A stretch of DNA of 64,000 nt from Ilumatobacteraceae bacterium (lineage in GTDB: Bacteria > Actinomycetota > Acidimicrobiia > Acidimicrobiales > Ilumatobacteraceae). The position numbers and the translations under genes were made by a program. Of this stretch, positions 11,145 to 21,103 are shown piece by piece. Location: assembly GCA_040401975.1 (NCBI GenBank), contig JBBANL010000009.1:8257-72256 (forward strand). Reading direction: 5' to 3'. Below the pieces are notes generated by a model. That model was not told the DNA's origin, did not search any database, and saw nothing but the letters and a program-made list of their open reading frames with translations. The first letter of the stretch is position 1. Each line of letters starts with the position of its first letter.

Positions 11145-12380
11145 ATGGAACTCACCTACAGCCCCGAAGACGAAAAGTTCCGCGAAGAGATTCGCGCCTG
11201 GTTGAAGGAGAACCTGCCCCAGGGTTGGTTCGACAAGGACTTCGAGATGTCCGCCGATGAGCGCAAGAAGTTCAACGACGAATGGCCCGCCAAGTTGTTC
11301 GCCGGCGGATGGATCTGCGCGACGTGGCCGAAGGAATACGGCGGCAAGGGGCTCACCACGATGCAGGGTGTGGTGCTGTCGGAGGAGTTCGCGAACGCAA
11401 AGGCGCCGATGCGCGCCGATTTCTTCGGCGACACGCTCGTCGGCCCGACACTGCTCCAGTGGGGAACCGAGGAACAGAAGAAGGAATTCCTGCCGAAGAT
11501 CCTGAACGGGTCAATGCGCTGGTGCCAGGGCTTCTCCGAGCCGAACTCGGGTTCCGACCTCGCCAGCCTGAAGACCGCAGCTGTTCTCGACGGTGACGAG
11601 TGGGTCATCAACGGCCAGAAGGTGTGGACCACGCAGGGTCACCACGCCGACTACTGCTTCCTGCTCACCCGCACCGATCCTGAGGCGCCGAAGCACAAGG
11701 GCATCTCGTACATGCTCGTGCCGATGAAGCAGCCCGGAGTCGAGGTGCGCGGAATCGTGCAGCCTGACGGCACCGCCGAGTTCTGTGAGGTGTTCTTCAC
11801 CAATGCGCGTTGTCCGAAGGACAACGTCGTGGGCGGTGTGAACAACGGATGGGTCGTCACCAACTCGACACTCGCTTTCGAGCGCGGCATGAGTGCCACC
11901 ACCGGCTACCGCCGCTTCGAGTCGGAATACAAGGCGATGGTGCGCGGCGCGAAGGAGAACGGCAAAATCAACGACCCGAAGATCCGTCAGCGTCTCATGA
12001 ACTACTACACGAAGATCCAGATCCTGAAGATCAACGGTTTGCGTTCGTTGTCGACCACGCTCATGAACAAGAAGGATCCTGCAATGGCCGCGCTCGGTGC
12101 GACCAACAAGATGTTCTGGACCGAAATGCACAAAGAGGCAATGGAACTCGCTCTCGACATCGGCGGTGCGGATTCGATGCTCGTCGACTTTGCTCTCGGC
12201 GACGGCAACTGGCCGGGCACTGCGCGCGAGAAGCGTCGCGAGGGATATCCCGTCAGCAGCATGATGTCGGCATTCTTCTTCTCGCGTTCGGAGACCATCT
12301 GGGGCGGCACCAGTCAGATCCAGCGCAACATCGTCGGCGAGCGGGTTCTCGGTCTGCCGAAAGAGCCGAGCAGCAAGTAG
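11145..12380 (+). CDS. Acyl-CoA dehydrogenase (FadE-like)
   Basis: The track ORF is trimmed to ATG 11145 (MELTYSPEDEKFREEIRAWL). WCQGFSEPNSGSDLASL and the overall ACAD N/M/C layout support the call. Confidence 0.85.
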   Translation: MELTYSPEDEKFREEIRAWLKENLPQGWFDKDFEMSADERKKFNDEWPAKLFAGGWICATWPKEYGGKGLTTMQGVVLSEEFANAKAPMRADFFGDTLVGPTLLQWGTEEQKKEFLPKILNGSMRWCQGFSEPNSGSDLASLKTAAVLDGDEWVINGQKVWTTQGHHADYCFLLTRTDPEAPKHKGISYMLVPMKQPGVEVRGIVQPDGTAEFCEVFFTNARCPKDNVVGGVNNGWVVTNSTLAFERGMSATTGYRRFESEYKAMVRGAKENGKINDPKIRQRLMNYYTKIQILKINGLRSLSTTLMNKKDPAMAALGATNKMFWTEMHKEAMELALDIGGADSMLVDFALGDGNWPGTAREKRREGYPVSSMMSAFFFSRSETIWGGTSQIQRNIVGERVLGLPKEPSSK

Positions 12381-12388
12381 CCCGCCTC

Positions 12389-12904
12389 GTGTTCGCGCGG
12401 GCACGGGTCTCGGCTCCGTTCGGAGGCCTCACCGTCGTTGCATCAGACGCGGGCGTTCGTTACGTCACTTTCGACAACGACGCGCATCCGAAATCGTTCG
12501 ACGGCATGCACATCGTCGATGACGATTCACACCCCGTGGTCGCCCGTGCGGTGTCGCAGTTGTCGGAATATCTGGGCGGTCATCGCACCGACTTCGACGT
12601 ACCTCTCGATCTCGTCGGGACCGAATTCCAGGTGCAGGCGTGGCGGTCGCTCGCCAAGGTGCCCTTCGGCGCCACCGCGTCGTATGCACAACAGGCAGCA
12701 TCGATCGGTCGGCCCACTGCCACACGCGCAATCGGCGCCGCAAACGGGCGCAATCCCGTGGTGATCGTGTTGCCGTGCCACCGCATCGTCGGTGCCGACG
12801 GCTCGCTCACCGGATTCGGCGGCGGGCTGCCCGTGAAGAAGTGGTTGCTCGACCACGAGAACGAAGTGACGAGACGACGAGGGTCGTCGCTGCGCCGCGG
12901 TTGA
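12389..12904 (+). CDS. ogt: Methylated-DNA--protein-cysteine methyltransferase
   Basis: In-frame GTG at 12389. NPVVIVLPCHRIV active-site motif. About 171 aa, typical for Ogt. Confidence 0.85.
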   Translation: MFARARVSAPFGGLTVVASDAGVRYVTFDNDAHPKSFDGMHIVDDDSHPVVARAVSQLSEYLGGHRTDFDVPLDLVGTEFQVQAWRSLAKVPFGATASYAQQAASIGRPTATRAIGAANGRNPVVIVLPCHRIVGADGSLTGFGGGLPVKKWLLDHENEVTRRRGSSLRRG

Positions 12905-13780
12905 TCACTGGGCGGGTGCCTCGGTTCCCTCGATGGCCGCGCGGCACATGTTGCGTTGTGCCGGCCAGTAATCGTGAACCGCGTAGTGCTGCGTGCTGCG
13001 GTTGTCCCACATCGCAACTGTCCCGGGTCTCCACCGCAGGCGCACCTGATACTCCGGGATCTCGACCTGGTGCAGGAGGTAGTTCATCAGGTTGTTCGAC
13101 TCGAAGGTGTAATCGGCGCCGACGCGAATGCGGTCGAAGCGCGCGAAGTTCACGAAGTTCGTGGTGAAGCCCTGGTTCACGTACAGCACCTTCTCGCCGG
13201 TCTCGGGGTGGGTGACCACGACCGGATGACGGGCAGGCGGGTGCTCGTCGACGAGCTGTGCGCGCGCCTCGGGTGTCATGTTGCCGCCGAACGACTGCTC
13301 GATCGAGTGGATCGCCCACAGATCGTTGATTCGCTCCTTGATGCGATCGGGGAGTCTGTCGTACGCCATGGCCATGTTGGCCCACATGGTGTCTCCGCCG
13401 ACTTCGGGCACGACTTCGCTCTTCAGCACCGCGCCCTTCGGCGGGACCTGTCGCCATGTCGCATCGACATGCCACACGTTCTCGTACGTGGAGCGTTCCT
13501 TCTGGCGCTGGATCAGGACGATGCCCGGGTAGTCGGGGTGCGACGGTGCCACCGGGTGGTCCTCGAGCGAGCCGAAGCGGAGAGCAAAATCACGGTGCTG
13601 TCCGTGCGACAACTCCTGTTCGCGGAAGAACAGAACCTTGTGGGTCAACCACAACGAGTGAATGTGCGCGAACAGATCGTCGTTGGTGATCGCCTCGGAG
13701 ATCTGCACCCCGGTGATCTCCGCACCGAGAGCGGGCGTGCACTGTTCGACCTTCATCTTCGTGCCGGTTGTCGTCGTCAT
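12905..13780 (-). CDS. TauD/TfdA-family Fe(II)/2-oxoglutarate dioxygenase
   Basis: Trimmed to ATG 13780 (MTTTTGTKMKVEQC...). WHVDATW (HxD) and VGGDTMWAN motifs. The upstream part of the 440-aa track ORF overlaps the qor gene. Confidence 0.85.
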   Translation of the reverse strand: MTTTTGTKMKVEQCTPALGAEITGVQISEAITNDDLFAHIHSLWLTHKVLFFREQELSHGQHRDFALRFGSLEDHPVAPSHPDYPGIVLIQRQKERSTYENVWHVDATWRQVPPKGAVLKSEVVPEVGGDTMWANMAMAYDRLPDRIKERINDLWAIHSIEQSFGGNMTPEARAQLVDEHPPARHPVVVTHPETGEKVLYVNQGFTTNFVNFARFDRIRVGADYTFESNNLMNYLLHQVEIPEYQVRLRWRPGTVAMWDNRSTQHYAVHDYWPAQRNMCRAAIEGTEAPAQ

Positions 13781-13797
13781 GATGTGTGCTCCTTGTG

Positions 13798-14787
13798 TCA
13801 AGTGGTGAATTCGAAGATGCTCGATCCGGTGGTGGTGCCTGACTCGAGTGCGACGTGTGCGGCGACCGCTTCGCCGAGTTGCCACCGCTGGTTCACGGTG
13901 ATCCGGACCGCGCCGTTCGCGATGCGGGTGAAGAGGTGGTCGACGAGTGCCCGTTTCTCTGCGGGGTCGGCGATGTAATCGGCCATGGCCGGCCGCGTGA
14001 GAAAGATCGAGCCCTGACGCATGAGGCGCGGCGGTTCCACCGCGGGCACGGGGCCCGATGCGGTTCCGAGGCACACCAACAATCCGCGACGTGCGACCGA
14101 CGCAACCGATGACTCGAACGTGCTCGCCCCGACTCCGTCGACGACCATCCGCGCGCCCTTGCCGCCGGTGATCTCGCGCACGCGCTCCGCAATGTTGTCG
14201 GTTCTCGTGTTCAGCACCTCTGAACATCCGGCATCGAGGGCGAGAGGTTTCTTTGCATCGTTGCTCACGGTTCCGATCACCGTGAGCCCCATCTCGGCGG
14301 CCATCTGGCAGAAGATGAGACCGACCCCGCCCGCCGCCGCGTGCATCAGCACTGTGTCACCCGCACGAAGATCCCAGATGCTCGTGAGAAGGTACGACGC
14401 AGTGAGGCCCCGCATCGTCGACGCGGCGGCGATGTCGAAGGCAATCGAATCGGGCAGCGGTATCAACGAGTCGGTCGGCATCGTGCGAATGTCGCTGTAC
14501 GCGCCGAGCGGGCTGCCCGTGTAGGTCACGCGATCACCGACCGAGAATGCGGTCACGTCTGCACCGGTGGCCACGATCACGCCGGCCCCCTCGACACCGA
14601 GCCCGTGCGGGGTTCGACCGGGGTAAAGACCCGAACGGAAATAGGTGTCGGCGATGTTGATGCCCACGGCATGATGGCGAACCGTCACTTCGTTCGGCCC
14701 GGGCGCCACGAGAGACGAGGACTCGAGAGTCATCACTTCGGGTCCTCCGTGTTCGGGCACCACGACACGCGTCGAGGTCAGTGTCAC
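13798..14787 (-). CDS. NADPH:quinone oxidoreductase / zinc-type alcohol dehydrogenase-like (MDR superfamily)
   Basis: 329 aa with AAAGGVG nucleotide-binding glycines and a Qor-like layout. Confidence 0.8.
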   Translation of the reverse strand: MTLTSTRVVVPEHGGPEVMTLESSSLVAPGPNEVTVRHHAVGINIADTYFRSGLYPGRTPHGLGVEGAGVIVATGADVTAFSVGDRVTYTGSPLGAYSDIRTMPTDSLIPLPDSIAFDIAAASTMRGLTASYLLTSIWDLRAGDTVLMHAAAGGVGLIFCQMAAEMGLTVIGTVSNDAKKPLALDAGCSEVLNTRTDNIAERVREITGGKGARMVVDGVGASTFESSVASVARRGLLVCLGTASGPVPAVEPPRLMRQGSIFLTRPAMADYIADPAEKRALVDHLFTRIANGAVRITVNQRWQLGEAVAAHVALESGTTTGSSIFEFTT

Positions 14788-15434
14788 TTCCGTGTCACCT
14801 CGTGGGTGAGGATTGCCGAGAGCATCGCGGCGACCGACTCCACCGATTCGTCGTCGTCGGCCGCGTAGTCGACGTTCAACGAGTGAACTGCGAACGACGA
14901 GATCGACAATGCCACCGCGAGTTCGATTGATCGCGGCGCATCACCTTTGCCGCCGGCCTTGGTCCATGCCGCCTGCGCGATCGACCGGGTGAGCACCTGT
15001 CGCATTTCGCGACGGTGCTTGTTGACCCGGGCGATGGGGTCCGACAGTTCGTTGTCGTCGCTTGCGGCGAGTTGCCACAGGGCGACACCTGCTCGTCGCT
15101 GTGAGCCGTGCAGCTGCGTCACGACATCCACCAACCACTGGTCGAGATCGGAAGACTCACTGAGTGCGTCGTCCACCTGTGCGTGAAACCGACTCAGAGA
15201 GTCGGAGAGCGCCCGTGCGATCAGGTCGTCGCGGGTGGCGAAGTAACGAAAGACGGTGCGCCGGCCGAGTTCGGCCTCGACAGCGATTGCGTCAATCGAC
15301 ACCCCCAGACTCTCGCGGGCAAGAAGCCGACGGGTGGCGCGCAGAATGCGGAACTCGGTGCCGGACTTCGGATCCTTGAGGAGATTCTCCAGTTCGTCTG
15401 CGGTCAGGTCGTTGGACTGTCGCGTTGGCGTCAT
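14784..15434 (-). CDS. TetR family transcriptional regulator
   Basis: 216 aa. N-terminal HTH IDAIAVEAELGRRTVFRYFATRDDL. Overlaps the qor start by 4 nt. Confidence 0.85.
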   Translation of the reverse strand: MTPTRQSNDLTADELENLLKDPKSGTEFRILRATRRLLARESLGVSIDAIAVEAELGRRTVFRYFATRDDLIARALSDSLSRFHAQVDDALSESSDLDQWLVDVVTQLHGSQRRAGVALWQLAASDDNELSDPIARVNKHRREMRQVLTRSIAQAAWTKAGGKGDAPRSIELAVALSISSFAVHSLNVDYAADDDESVESVAAMLSAILTHEVTRK

Positions 15435-15458
15435 GATGGCACTTTACACTGTCAGCGT

Positions 15459-15474
15459 GGCACTGTATAGTGCC
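15459..15474. promoter_or_regulatory. Near-perfect 16-bp palindrome GGCACTGTATAGTGCC (candidate TetR operator)
   Basis: 7 of 8 positions are symmetric. A second TGGCACT half-site lies 21 nt upstream (15437). The element sits in the 75-nt divergent region between tetR (15434) and the second TauD gene (15510). Confidence 0.5.
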
Positions 15475-15509
15475 AACAGGAAATCATCACGATTCGTCAG
15501 GGGGCTCTC

Positions 15510-16334
15510 ATGGCAACTGCAACCACCTTCAAGACCACGGGCATCACGCGCCACGTGGGAACAGAGATCGAGGGAATCAAGCTGCGCGATCTGAGTGACG
15601 CGGCAGTGCAGGAACTTCTGGTTCTGCTCGCCGACCGCGGGGTCGTCGTCGTGCGCAACCAGCAGATGACGATTCCCGAGCAGATCGAGTTCGGTGCGCG
15701 TCTCGGAGAGCTGCACGTGCATCCGGCATACGCACAGAGCCAGTATCCGGAGGCACTGCACATCTACGGCGACGAAAACTCGAAGATGGTTCCGGGCGAG
15801 GGTTGGCATTCCGACGTGAGTTGCGACGAACGGCCGCCGGGTGTGTCGATGCTGCGCATCGAGACCACGCCGAGCGTCGGGGGCGACACTGCATTCTCGC
15901 ACCAGGCGGCGCTGTACGAATCGTTCTCCGACACGATGAAGAACTTCCTCCGCACGTTGAAGGCCCGGCACTCGGGCGATTTGCCCTGGCGCAATCAGTA
16001 CAAGAGCGTCGACCCGAAGCAATACCCGAGGAACCTGCACCCGGTCGTGCGCACGCACCCTCTCACCGGTCGCGACGCGTTGTACGTCAACAGCGGTTTC
16101 ACCGACCGAATCTGGGACATGGACGAATGGGAGAGCAACCTGCTGTTGAAGGGGCTGTTCGACAAGATCGCCTATGCGGTCGAGTTCCAGTGCCGGGTGC
16201 GGTGGGAACCGAACACCGTCACGTTCTGGGACAACCGCACGGTTCAGCATCATGCGTGTTGGGACTACTTCCCGGAGAAGCGCGAGGGCTGGCGCGTCAC
16301 CACCACCGGCGAACGTCCGTACCTCGCACACTGA
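15510..16334 (+). CDS. TauD/TfdA-family Fe(II)/2-oxoglutarate dioxygenase, second copy
   Basis: 274 aa with WHSDVSCDERPP (HxD) and VGGDTAFSH motifs. Confidence 0.85.
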   Translation: MATATTFKTTGITRHVGTEIEGIKLRDLSDAAVQELLVLLADRGVVVVRNQQMTIPEQIEFGARLGELHVHPAYAQSQYPEALHIYGDENSKMVPGEGWHSDVSCDERPPGVSMLRIETTPSVGGDTAFSHQAALYESFSDTMKNFLRTLKARHSGDLPWRNQYKSVDPKQYPRNLHPVVRTHPLTGRDALYVNSGFTDRIWDMDEWESNLLLKGLFDKIAYAVEFQCRVRWEPNTVTFWDNRTVQHHACWDYFPEKREGWRVTTTGERPYLAH

Positions 16335-16361
16335 CCGCGCACCTCTCATTAGGGTGGTGAT

Positions 16362-16712
16362 ATGACGTTCGTGTCGCACCTCCTCGCAATCGTCCTCATC
16401 GTCCTGTGTTCGTTGTCGGCACTGATGGACTTCGTGAAACCGCCCCAGATCGTCGAGGTCATGAGCCGGCTGAAGGTGCCCGTCAAGGCGTTGCCGGTGC
16501 TCGGTGCGATCAAACTGATTGCGTGCATCGGACTCGCCGTCGGGTTCAGCAGAATCCGGATCGGTGAACTGGCCGGTCTCGGCCTGTGCGTCTATTTTGC
16601 CGTCGCAACGACCACCCACACGCGTGTGAAGGATTCATTCAAGGACACTCTGCCTGCGTTCACGCACCTGGTGCTGTCGATGCTCTACGTGCTGGTCACC
16701 TTCGCCCGGTGA
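16362..16712 (+). CDS. DoxX-like small membrane protein
   Basis: 116 aa with about four hydrophobic helices and a DoxX-like pattern. Confidence 0.55.
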   Translation: MTFVSHLLAIVLIVLCSLSALMDFVKPPQIVEVMSRLKVPVKALPVLGAIKLIACIGLAVGFSRIRIGELAGLGLCVYFAVATTTHTRVKDSFKDTLPAFTHLVLSMLYVLVTFAR

Positions 16713-16719
16713 CGCGGAC

Positions 16720-17391
16720 TCAATCGTTGAACTTGTCCCACTCGGTGTCGTTCAGTCCGAGTTTCTTGTAGCGCTTCGAGATCCACAGCGGCACTTCCAT
16801 CGGCTCGCCGTTCTCGATGCCCCGCACCATGTCGCCGTTCTCGTCCCACATGTGACAGGTGTTCAGGTTCATGGCGTAGGAACGACGCCGCATCTCGGGG
16901 GTGAGGTTCTCGCGCGAGATCGGCTTCATCCCGCCCGACGATGCCGCACGCATCGACCACATGCTCTGGATCGCCACGGGCGCCATCGCCGAGAGAAGGG
17001 CGCCGATGTGGGTGCATCCACGGGGGCCGCCGAACAGTTCCTTCACTTTCGCGTTGAATCCCCGGGCGATCGAGAGGCCGACCAGGTTCTGATAGTGCGG
17101 TTCGATGTCGGTGCAATGGGTGTGCGGCCGTTCGTGGAACGTGACCGCCGCCTTTTCGATGAGCAACTCGGGGAACTTCAGTTCGAGGTCGACGGTCATG
17201 TGGTGCACCCACAACACGTCGGGGTCGTCCGACACGTAGAGACCTGCGGGCTTTTCGTCGATGACCACGCCCCGCAGCATGAATCGGTCGTCGTTCAGCT
17301 TGTACGAGCGAACTTCGTAACGTCGGGTGTGAAGGAGCGTGCTGCCTTCGGGCGCGGGGGGAAAGAAATCGTTGGTCGACACGGAAAACAT
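16720..17391 (-). CDS. DUF2889 domain protein
   Basis: Trimmed to ATG 17391 (MFSVSTNDFFPPAPEG...). GGPRGCTHIGALLSAMAPVAIQ segment typical of DUF2889 (recalled). Confidence 0.6.
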   Translation of the reverse strand: MFSVSTNDFFPPAPEGSTLLHTRRYEVRSYKLNDDRFMLRGVVIDEKPAGLYVSDDPDVLWVHHMTVDLELKFPELLIEKAAVTFHERPHTHCTDIEPHYQNLVGLSIARGFNAKVKELFGGPRGCTHIGALLSAMAPVAIQSMWSMRAASSGGMKPISRENLTPEMRRRSYAMNLNTCHMWDENGDMVRGIENGEPMEVPLWISKRYKKLGLNDTEWDKFND

Positions 17392-17470
17392 GGTGACACC
17401 TTCTCGATGTGCAGGGCGAACCGGGTGGCCCGAAGGCGGTTTTGAAAGTCGCATCGGGCAGAATTGTCGG

Positions 17471-17932
17471 GTGAGCACCCTGAAGAACACTCTGCAGAAC
17501 GATCTGAACGCCGCGATGAAATCGCGGGACAAATTGGTCACGTCGACGTTGCGCATGGCGCTCACTGCAATCTCGAACGCCGAGGTTGCGGGGGACCGTG
17601 CGGTGGAGTTGAGCGATGACCAGGTGGTCAAGGTTCTGCAGGCCGAAGCCAAGAAACGTGCCGAGTCGGCCGACCTGTACGACCATGCGGGCCGCACCGA
17701 CGCGGCGGCCAACGAACGCGCAGAAGCCGAGATTCTCGCGAGGTATCTCCCGGCCGCGATGTCCGACGACGAACTCGCCGGGGTCGTCGCCGACGAGATC
17801 GCGAAGGCCGCCGCCAACGGTGCGACAGGCATGAAGGCGATGGGTTCGGTGGTGAAGGCAGTGCGCGAGCGAGTGGGGTCGGGCGCCGACGGATCAAAGA
17901 TCGCCGACATGGTGAAGGCCGCACTCGCCTGA
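17471..17932 (+). CDS. GatB/YqeY domain protein
   Basis: GTG 17471 (VSTLKNTLQNDLNAAMKSRDKL...). YqeY-like helical protein of about 153 aa. Confidence 0.75.
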   Translation: MSTLKNTLQNDLNAAMKSRDKLVTSTLRMALTAISNAEVAGDRAVELSDDQVVKVLQAEAKKRAESADLYDHAGRTDAAANERAEAEILARYLPAAMSDDELAGVVADEIAKAAANGATGMKAMGSVVKAVRERVGSGADGSKIADMVKAALA

Positions 17933-18558
17933 TGTCGGAACCCGGTCCCGCTCTGGCGCCGTTGTCGCCGCAGATGAAACGCATGAGTGATGCGCTGCGC
18001 CGTGCGATGAAGGCGATCTATCACGTGCACCCGGCCCACGAGAGCGAATCGATTGCGACGTTGGCCGAATCGCTCGCTGACGAACTCGAAGAGGCGGGCA
18101 CGTTGCCGCTCGGTCAGGAATCGGCGGTTCGCCACACACGCAGCCCCCTGTCGGGGGACATGAACCCGATTGCTCCCCCCGTCACATACGAGTACGGCGA
18201 CAAGAGCATCACGGCGCGCGTTCGGTTTCACGAGGGCTACCAGGGGCCGCCGGCATGCGTCCACGGCGGGATCGTGGCGGCACTGCTGGACGATGCGCTC
18301 GGGCGCACCCGCCATCTCACGGGTCGCAACTGTGTCACCGGCAGTCTCGACATCTCGTACAAGAGGCCGACACCTTTGAACGCCGACCTCGTCGTTCAGG
18401 CTCGCATCGACGAGATTCTCGAACGCAAGTTCCTCGTGACCGGCGAGATTCTCCATGAGGGCGAGGTCACTGCCTCGGCACGGGCAGTGTTTGTGTTCCT
18501 CGGGGACGAAAAATTCAATGCACTCGTTTCGGGTGCGCGTGACGCCTCACGGAAGTAG
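17932..18558 (+). CDS. PaaI/hotdog-fold thioesterase family protein
   Basis: 208 aa with CVHGGIVAALLDDALG, a motif typical of the PaaI-type hotdog fold. Confidence 0.65.
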   Translation: MSEPGPALAPLSPQMKRMSDALRRAMKAIYHVHPAHESESIATLAESLADELEEAGTLPLGQESAVRHTRSPLSGDMNPIAPPVTYEYGDKSITARVRFHEGYQGPPACVHGGIVAALLDDALGRTRHLTGRNCVTGSLDISYKRPTPLNADLVVQARIDEILERKFLVTGEILHEGEVTASARAVFVFLGDEKFNALVSGARDASRK

Positions 18559-18600
18559 CACACTAAGGTCACTCTTCATCACGGCAGACCGGGGGACACC

Positions 18601-19170
18601 ATGTCGAACGAACTCATTCTTGACTCACTGCGCCGGCGCATGCGCGCGTTGTTCTCGCTCTATGAAGAGGCGACGGCGACCATGACCCTCGAGCAGGTGA
18701 ACCACCGCGAGAAGGCGCGCGTCATGCCCATCGCATTTTCGCTGTTCCATTACGTGAACATGATCGACGCTTCGCTGATGATGCTGAACGGCAAGCCTTT
18801 CCTGTGCAACGAAGAGATTCTCGATGCCATCAGCCCCGAGGTGCGCGACCACGGCAAGCACCGCACGGTCGACGAGATGGACGTGCAGCAGATCGGCAAC
18901 TACGAGGCGTTTCTCGACTACATGAACGCCGTGTTCGCGCGCATCGAGTCGTGGCTCGCCGAACTTCAGCCCGATGAACTCACGCGTCTCGTGGTGCCGC
19001 GACCGTTCGGACCCCAGGTGGCGAGCACCTTCTCTGCCCGCGTCGCCGGCGAAGAAGGCATCACGGTTCTCGACGGCGTCGAATGCTGGATCTACCAACA
19101 CGGTCTTCGGCACATGGGAGAGATCGAACTGGCGAGGTCGTTCGTCGGTCTGCAGGGAATGACCAGCTGA
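18601..19170 (+). CDS. DinB-like (DinB_2) four-helix-bundle metal-binding protein
   Basis: 189 aa with His motifs FSLFHYV and YQHGLRHMGEIE. Confidence 0.5.
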   Translation: MSNELILDSLRRRMRALFSLYEEATATMTLEQVNHREKARVMPIAFSLFHYVNMIDASLMMLNGKPFLCNEEILDAISPEVRDHGKHRTVDEMDVQQIGNYEAFLDYMNAVFARIESWLAELQPDELTRLVVPRPFGPQVASTFSARVAGEEGITVLDGVECWIYQHGLRHMGEIELARSFVGLQGMTS

Positions 19171-19203
19171 CGTCGGCTTGACCGGCGCCCGTCGGCAGAG
19201 CAC

Positions 19204-19279
19204 TGGCGCCCACGGCAGGAATTGAACCTGCGACCCCTTGCTCCGGAGGCAAGTGCTCTATCCGCTGAGCTACGTGAGC
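19204..19279 (-). tRNA. tRNA-Arg (anticodon CCG)
   Basis: Hand-folded cloverleaf: GCTCACG TA GCTC AGCGGATA GAGC A CTTGC CTCCGGA GCAAG GGGTC GCAGG TTCAATT CCTGC CGTGGGC G CCA. 76 nt with encoded CCA. Confidence 0.9.
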
Positions 19280-19369
19280 GTGTCGTGAATCGTCACGCGC
19301 GTCGTCAGTCTAGGGCCCGACCAATTGGAACGCCGTCGGCAGCGCGGTTCGGGGCAGAATGGAGGCTTC

Positions 19370-21103
19370 ATGGCCGACCCGATTGTTTCCGCAGCAGAGC
19401 GTCTCGCACCTGCATTCGCCGCGGTGGCAGGCACTGCATGTGATCCGGTGGTCAGGCCCAGCGACCGTGCCGACGCACAGGCAAACGGGGCTCTTTCCCT
19501 CGCGAAGTCGCTCGGGGCGACGCCCCGTGACATCGCCCAGCGAGCCCTCGACGCGGCGGGCGACCTGTCGGACATGCTCGCGACAACCGAAATCGCCGGC
19601 CCGGGGTTCATCAATCTCGTGTTCTCGGACGGTTTCATCACGAGCGAACTCGTGGCGGCGATGAACGATCGGCACCTCGGCGTGCGGCGGGCACCCGACG
19701 CCCACACGGTCACCGTCGACTACTCGGCGCCGAACGTCGCCAAGGAGATGCACGTCGGACACCTGCGTTCGACGGTCATCGGCGATGCGCTCGTTCGTGC
19801 GCTCGGTTTCGTCGGGCACACGGTGGTGCGCGAGAACCACATCGGCGACTGGGGCACGCCGTTCGGCATGCTCATCGAGCACCTCGTCGACCTCGGCGAG
19901 GAGGAGGCCGCACACGAACTCGGTGTCGGCGATCTTGACGGTTTCTACAAGGACGCCCGTCGCAAGTTCGAATCCGACGACGACTTCAAGGTTCGTGCCC
20001 GCAACAGGGTGGTGATGCTGCAGGGCGGTGACGCCGACACGCTGCGGCTGTGGACCACGCTCGTGAAGGAGAGCACCAGGTACTTCAACAAGGTGTACTC
20101 ACAACTCGATGTCCTCCTGACAGACGACGACCTGATGGGCGAGAGCGCCTACAACGATCTCCTTGTCGAGGTCGTCGACAGGCTGAAGTCATCGGGCCTG
20201 CTCGTGGAGAGCGAGGGTGCCGAAGTGGTCTTCCCCGACGGTTTCACCAACCGGGAGAACGAGCCGTTGCCGTTGATCATCCGCAAGGGAGACGGCGGAT
20301 ACAACTACGCCACCACCGACCTCGCCTGCGTCATCGACCGGGTCGAACGCATCGGTGCGCGCACCATGCTGTACGTGGTGGGGGCGCCACAGGCACAACA
20401 CCTGCAGATGGTCGAGAGCGTGTCCCGCGCGGCGGGTTGGCTCGACGACCGGCACGTCATGAACCACGTGTCGTTCGGAAGCGTGCTCGGTTCCGACCGC
20501 AAGATGCTGAAGAGTCGGTCGGGTGACACCGTGAAGCTCGCGGCACTGCTCGACGAAGCAGTCGAGCGCGCATCACAGGCTGTCGCCGAGAAGAACCCCG
20601 ACATGGGCGAGGCCGAACGTGCCCGGGTGGCCCACATGATCGGCATCGGGGCCGTGAAGTATTCGGACCTCAGCACCGATCGCGTGAAGGACTACATCTT
20701 CGACTGGGAACGCATGCTGTCGTTCGACGGCAACACGGCGCCTTATCTGCAGTACGCGCATGCGCGCATCTGCAGCATCTTCCGTCGTGCAGGAATCGAG
20801 CGCGAGTCGGTGTGCGGCGTGACGCCCGTGTTGCACGATGCACGCGAACGGGCGTTGGCGATGCGCATCCTGAGGTTCGACTCGGCGGTGTGGGAGATGA
20901 TCGACACATTGAGCCCGCACAAGCTGTGCACGTATCTGTACGAACTCGCATCGGACTTCACCGCGTTCTACGAGCACTGCCCCGTGTTGAAAGCCGACGA
21001 CGATGCGACCCGCGATTCACGGTTGATGCTGTGCGACGCGACGGCACGCACGATGGAAAAAGGCCTCGATCTGCTCGGCATCCGCGCCCCGGAGCAGATG
21101 TGA
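19370..21103 (+). CDS. argS: Arginine--tRNA ligase
   Basis: Trimmed to ATG 19370 (MADPIVSAAERL...). HVGHLRS (HIGH-type) motif and a class-I ArgS layout. Confidence 0.95.
   Translation: MADPIVSAAERLAPAFAAVAGTACDPVVRPSDRADAQANGALSLAKSLGATPRDIAQRALDAAGDLSDMLATTEIAGPGFINLVFSDGFITSELVAAMNDRHLGVRRAPDAHTVTVDYSAPNVAKEMHVGHLRSTVIGDALVRALGFVGHTVVRENHIGDWGTPFGMLIEHLVDLGEEEAAHELGVGDLDGFYKDARRKFESDDDFKVRARNRVVMLQGGDADTLRLWTTLVKESTRYFNKVYSQLDVLLTDDDLMGESAYNDLLVEVVDRLKSSGLLVESEGAEVVFPDGFTNRENEPLPLIIRKGDGGYNYATTDLACVIDRVERIGARTMLYVVGAPQAQHLQMVESVSRAAGWLDDRHVMNHVSFGSVLGSDRKMLKSRSGDTVKLAALLDEAVERASQAVAEKNPDMGEAERARVAHMIGIGAVKYSDLSTDRVKDYIFDWERMLSFDGNTAPYLQYAHARICSIFRRAGIERESVCGVTPVLHDARERALAMRILRFDSAVWEMIDTLSPHKLCTYLYELASDFTAFYEHCPVLKADDDATRDSRLMLCDATARTMEKGLDLLGIRAPEQM

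Noticed and set aside
19171-19369. tRNA-Arg as a genomic-island integration site
   Set aside because: There is no integrase nearby, and I saw no duplicated copy of the tRNA 3' end in the window. The neighbours are ordinary chromosomal genes (DinB-like, argS).
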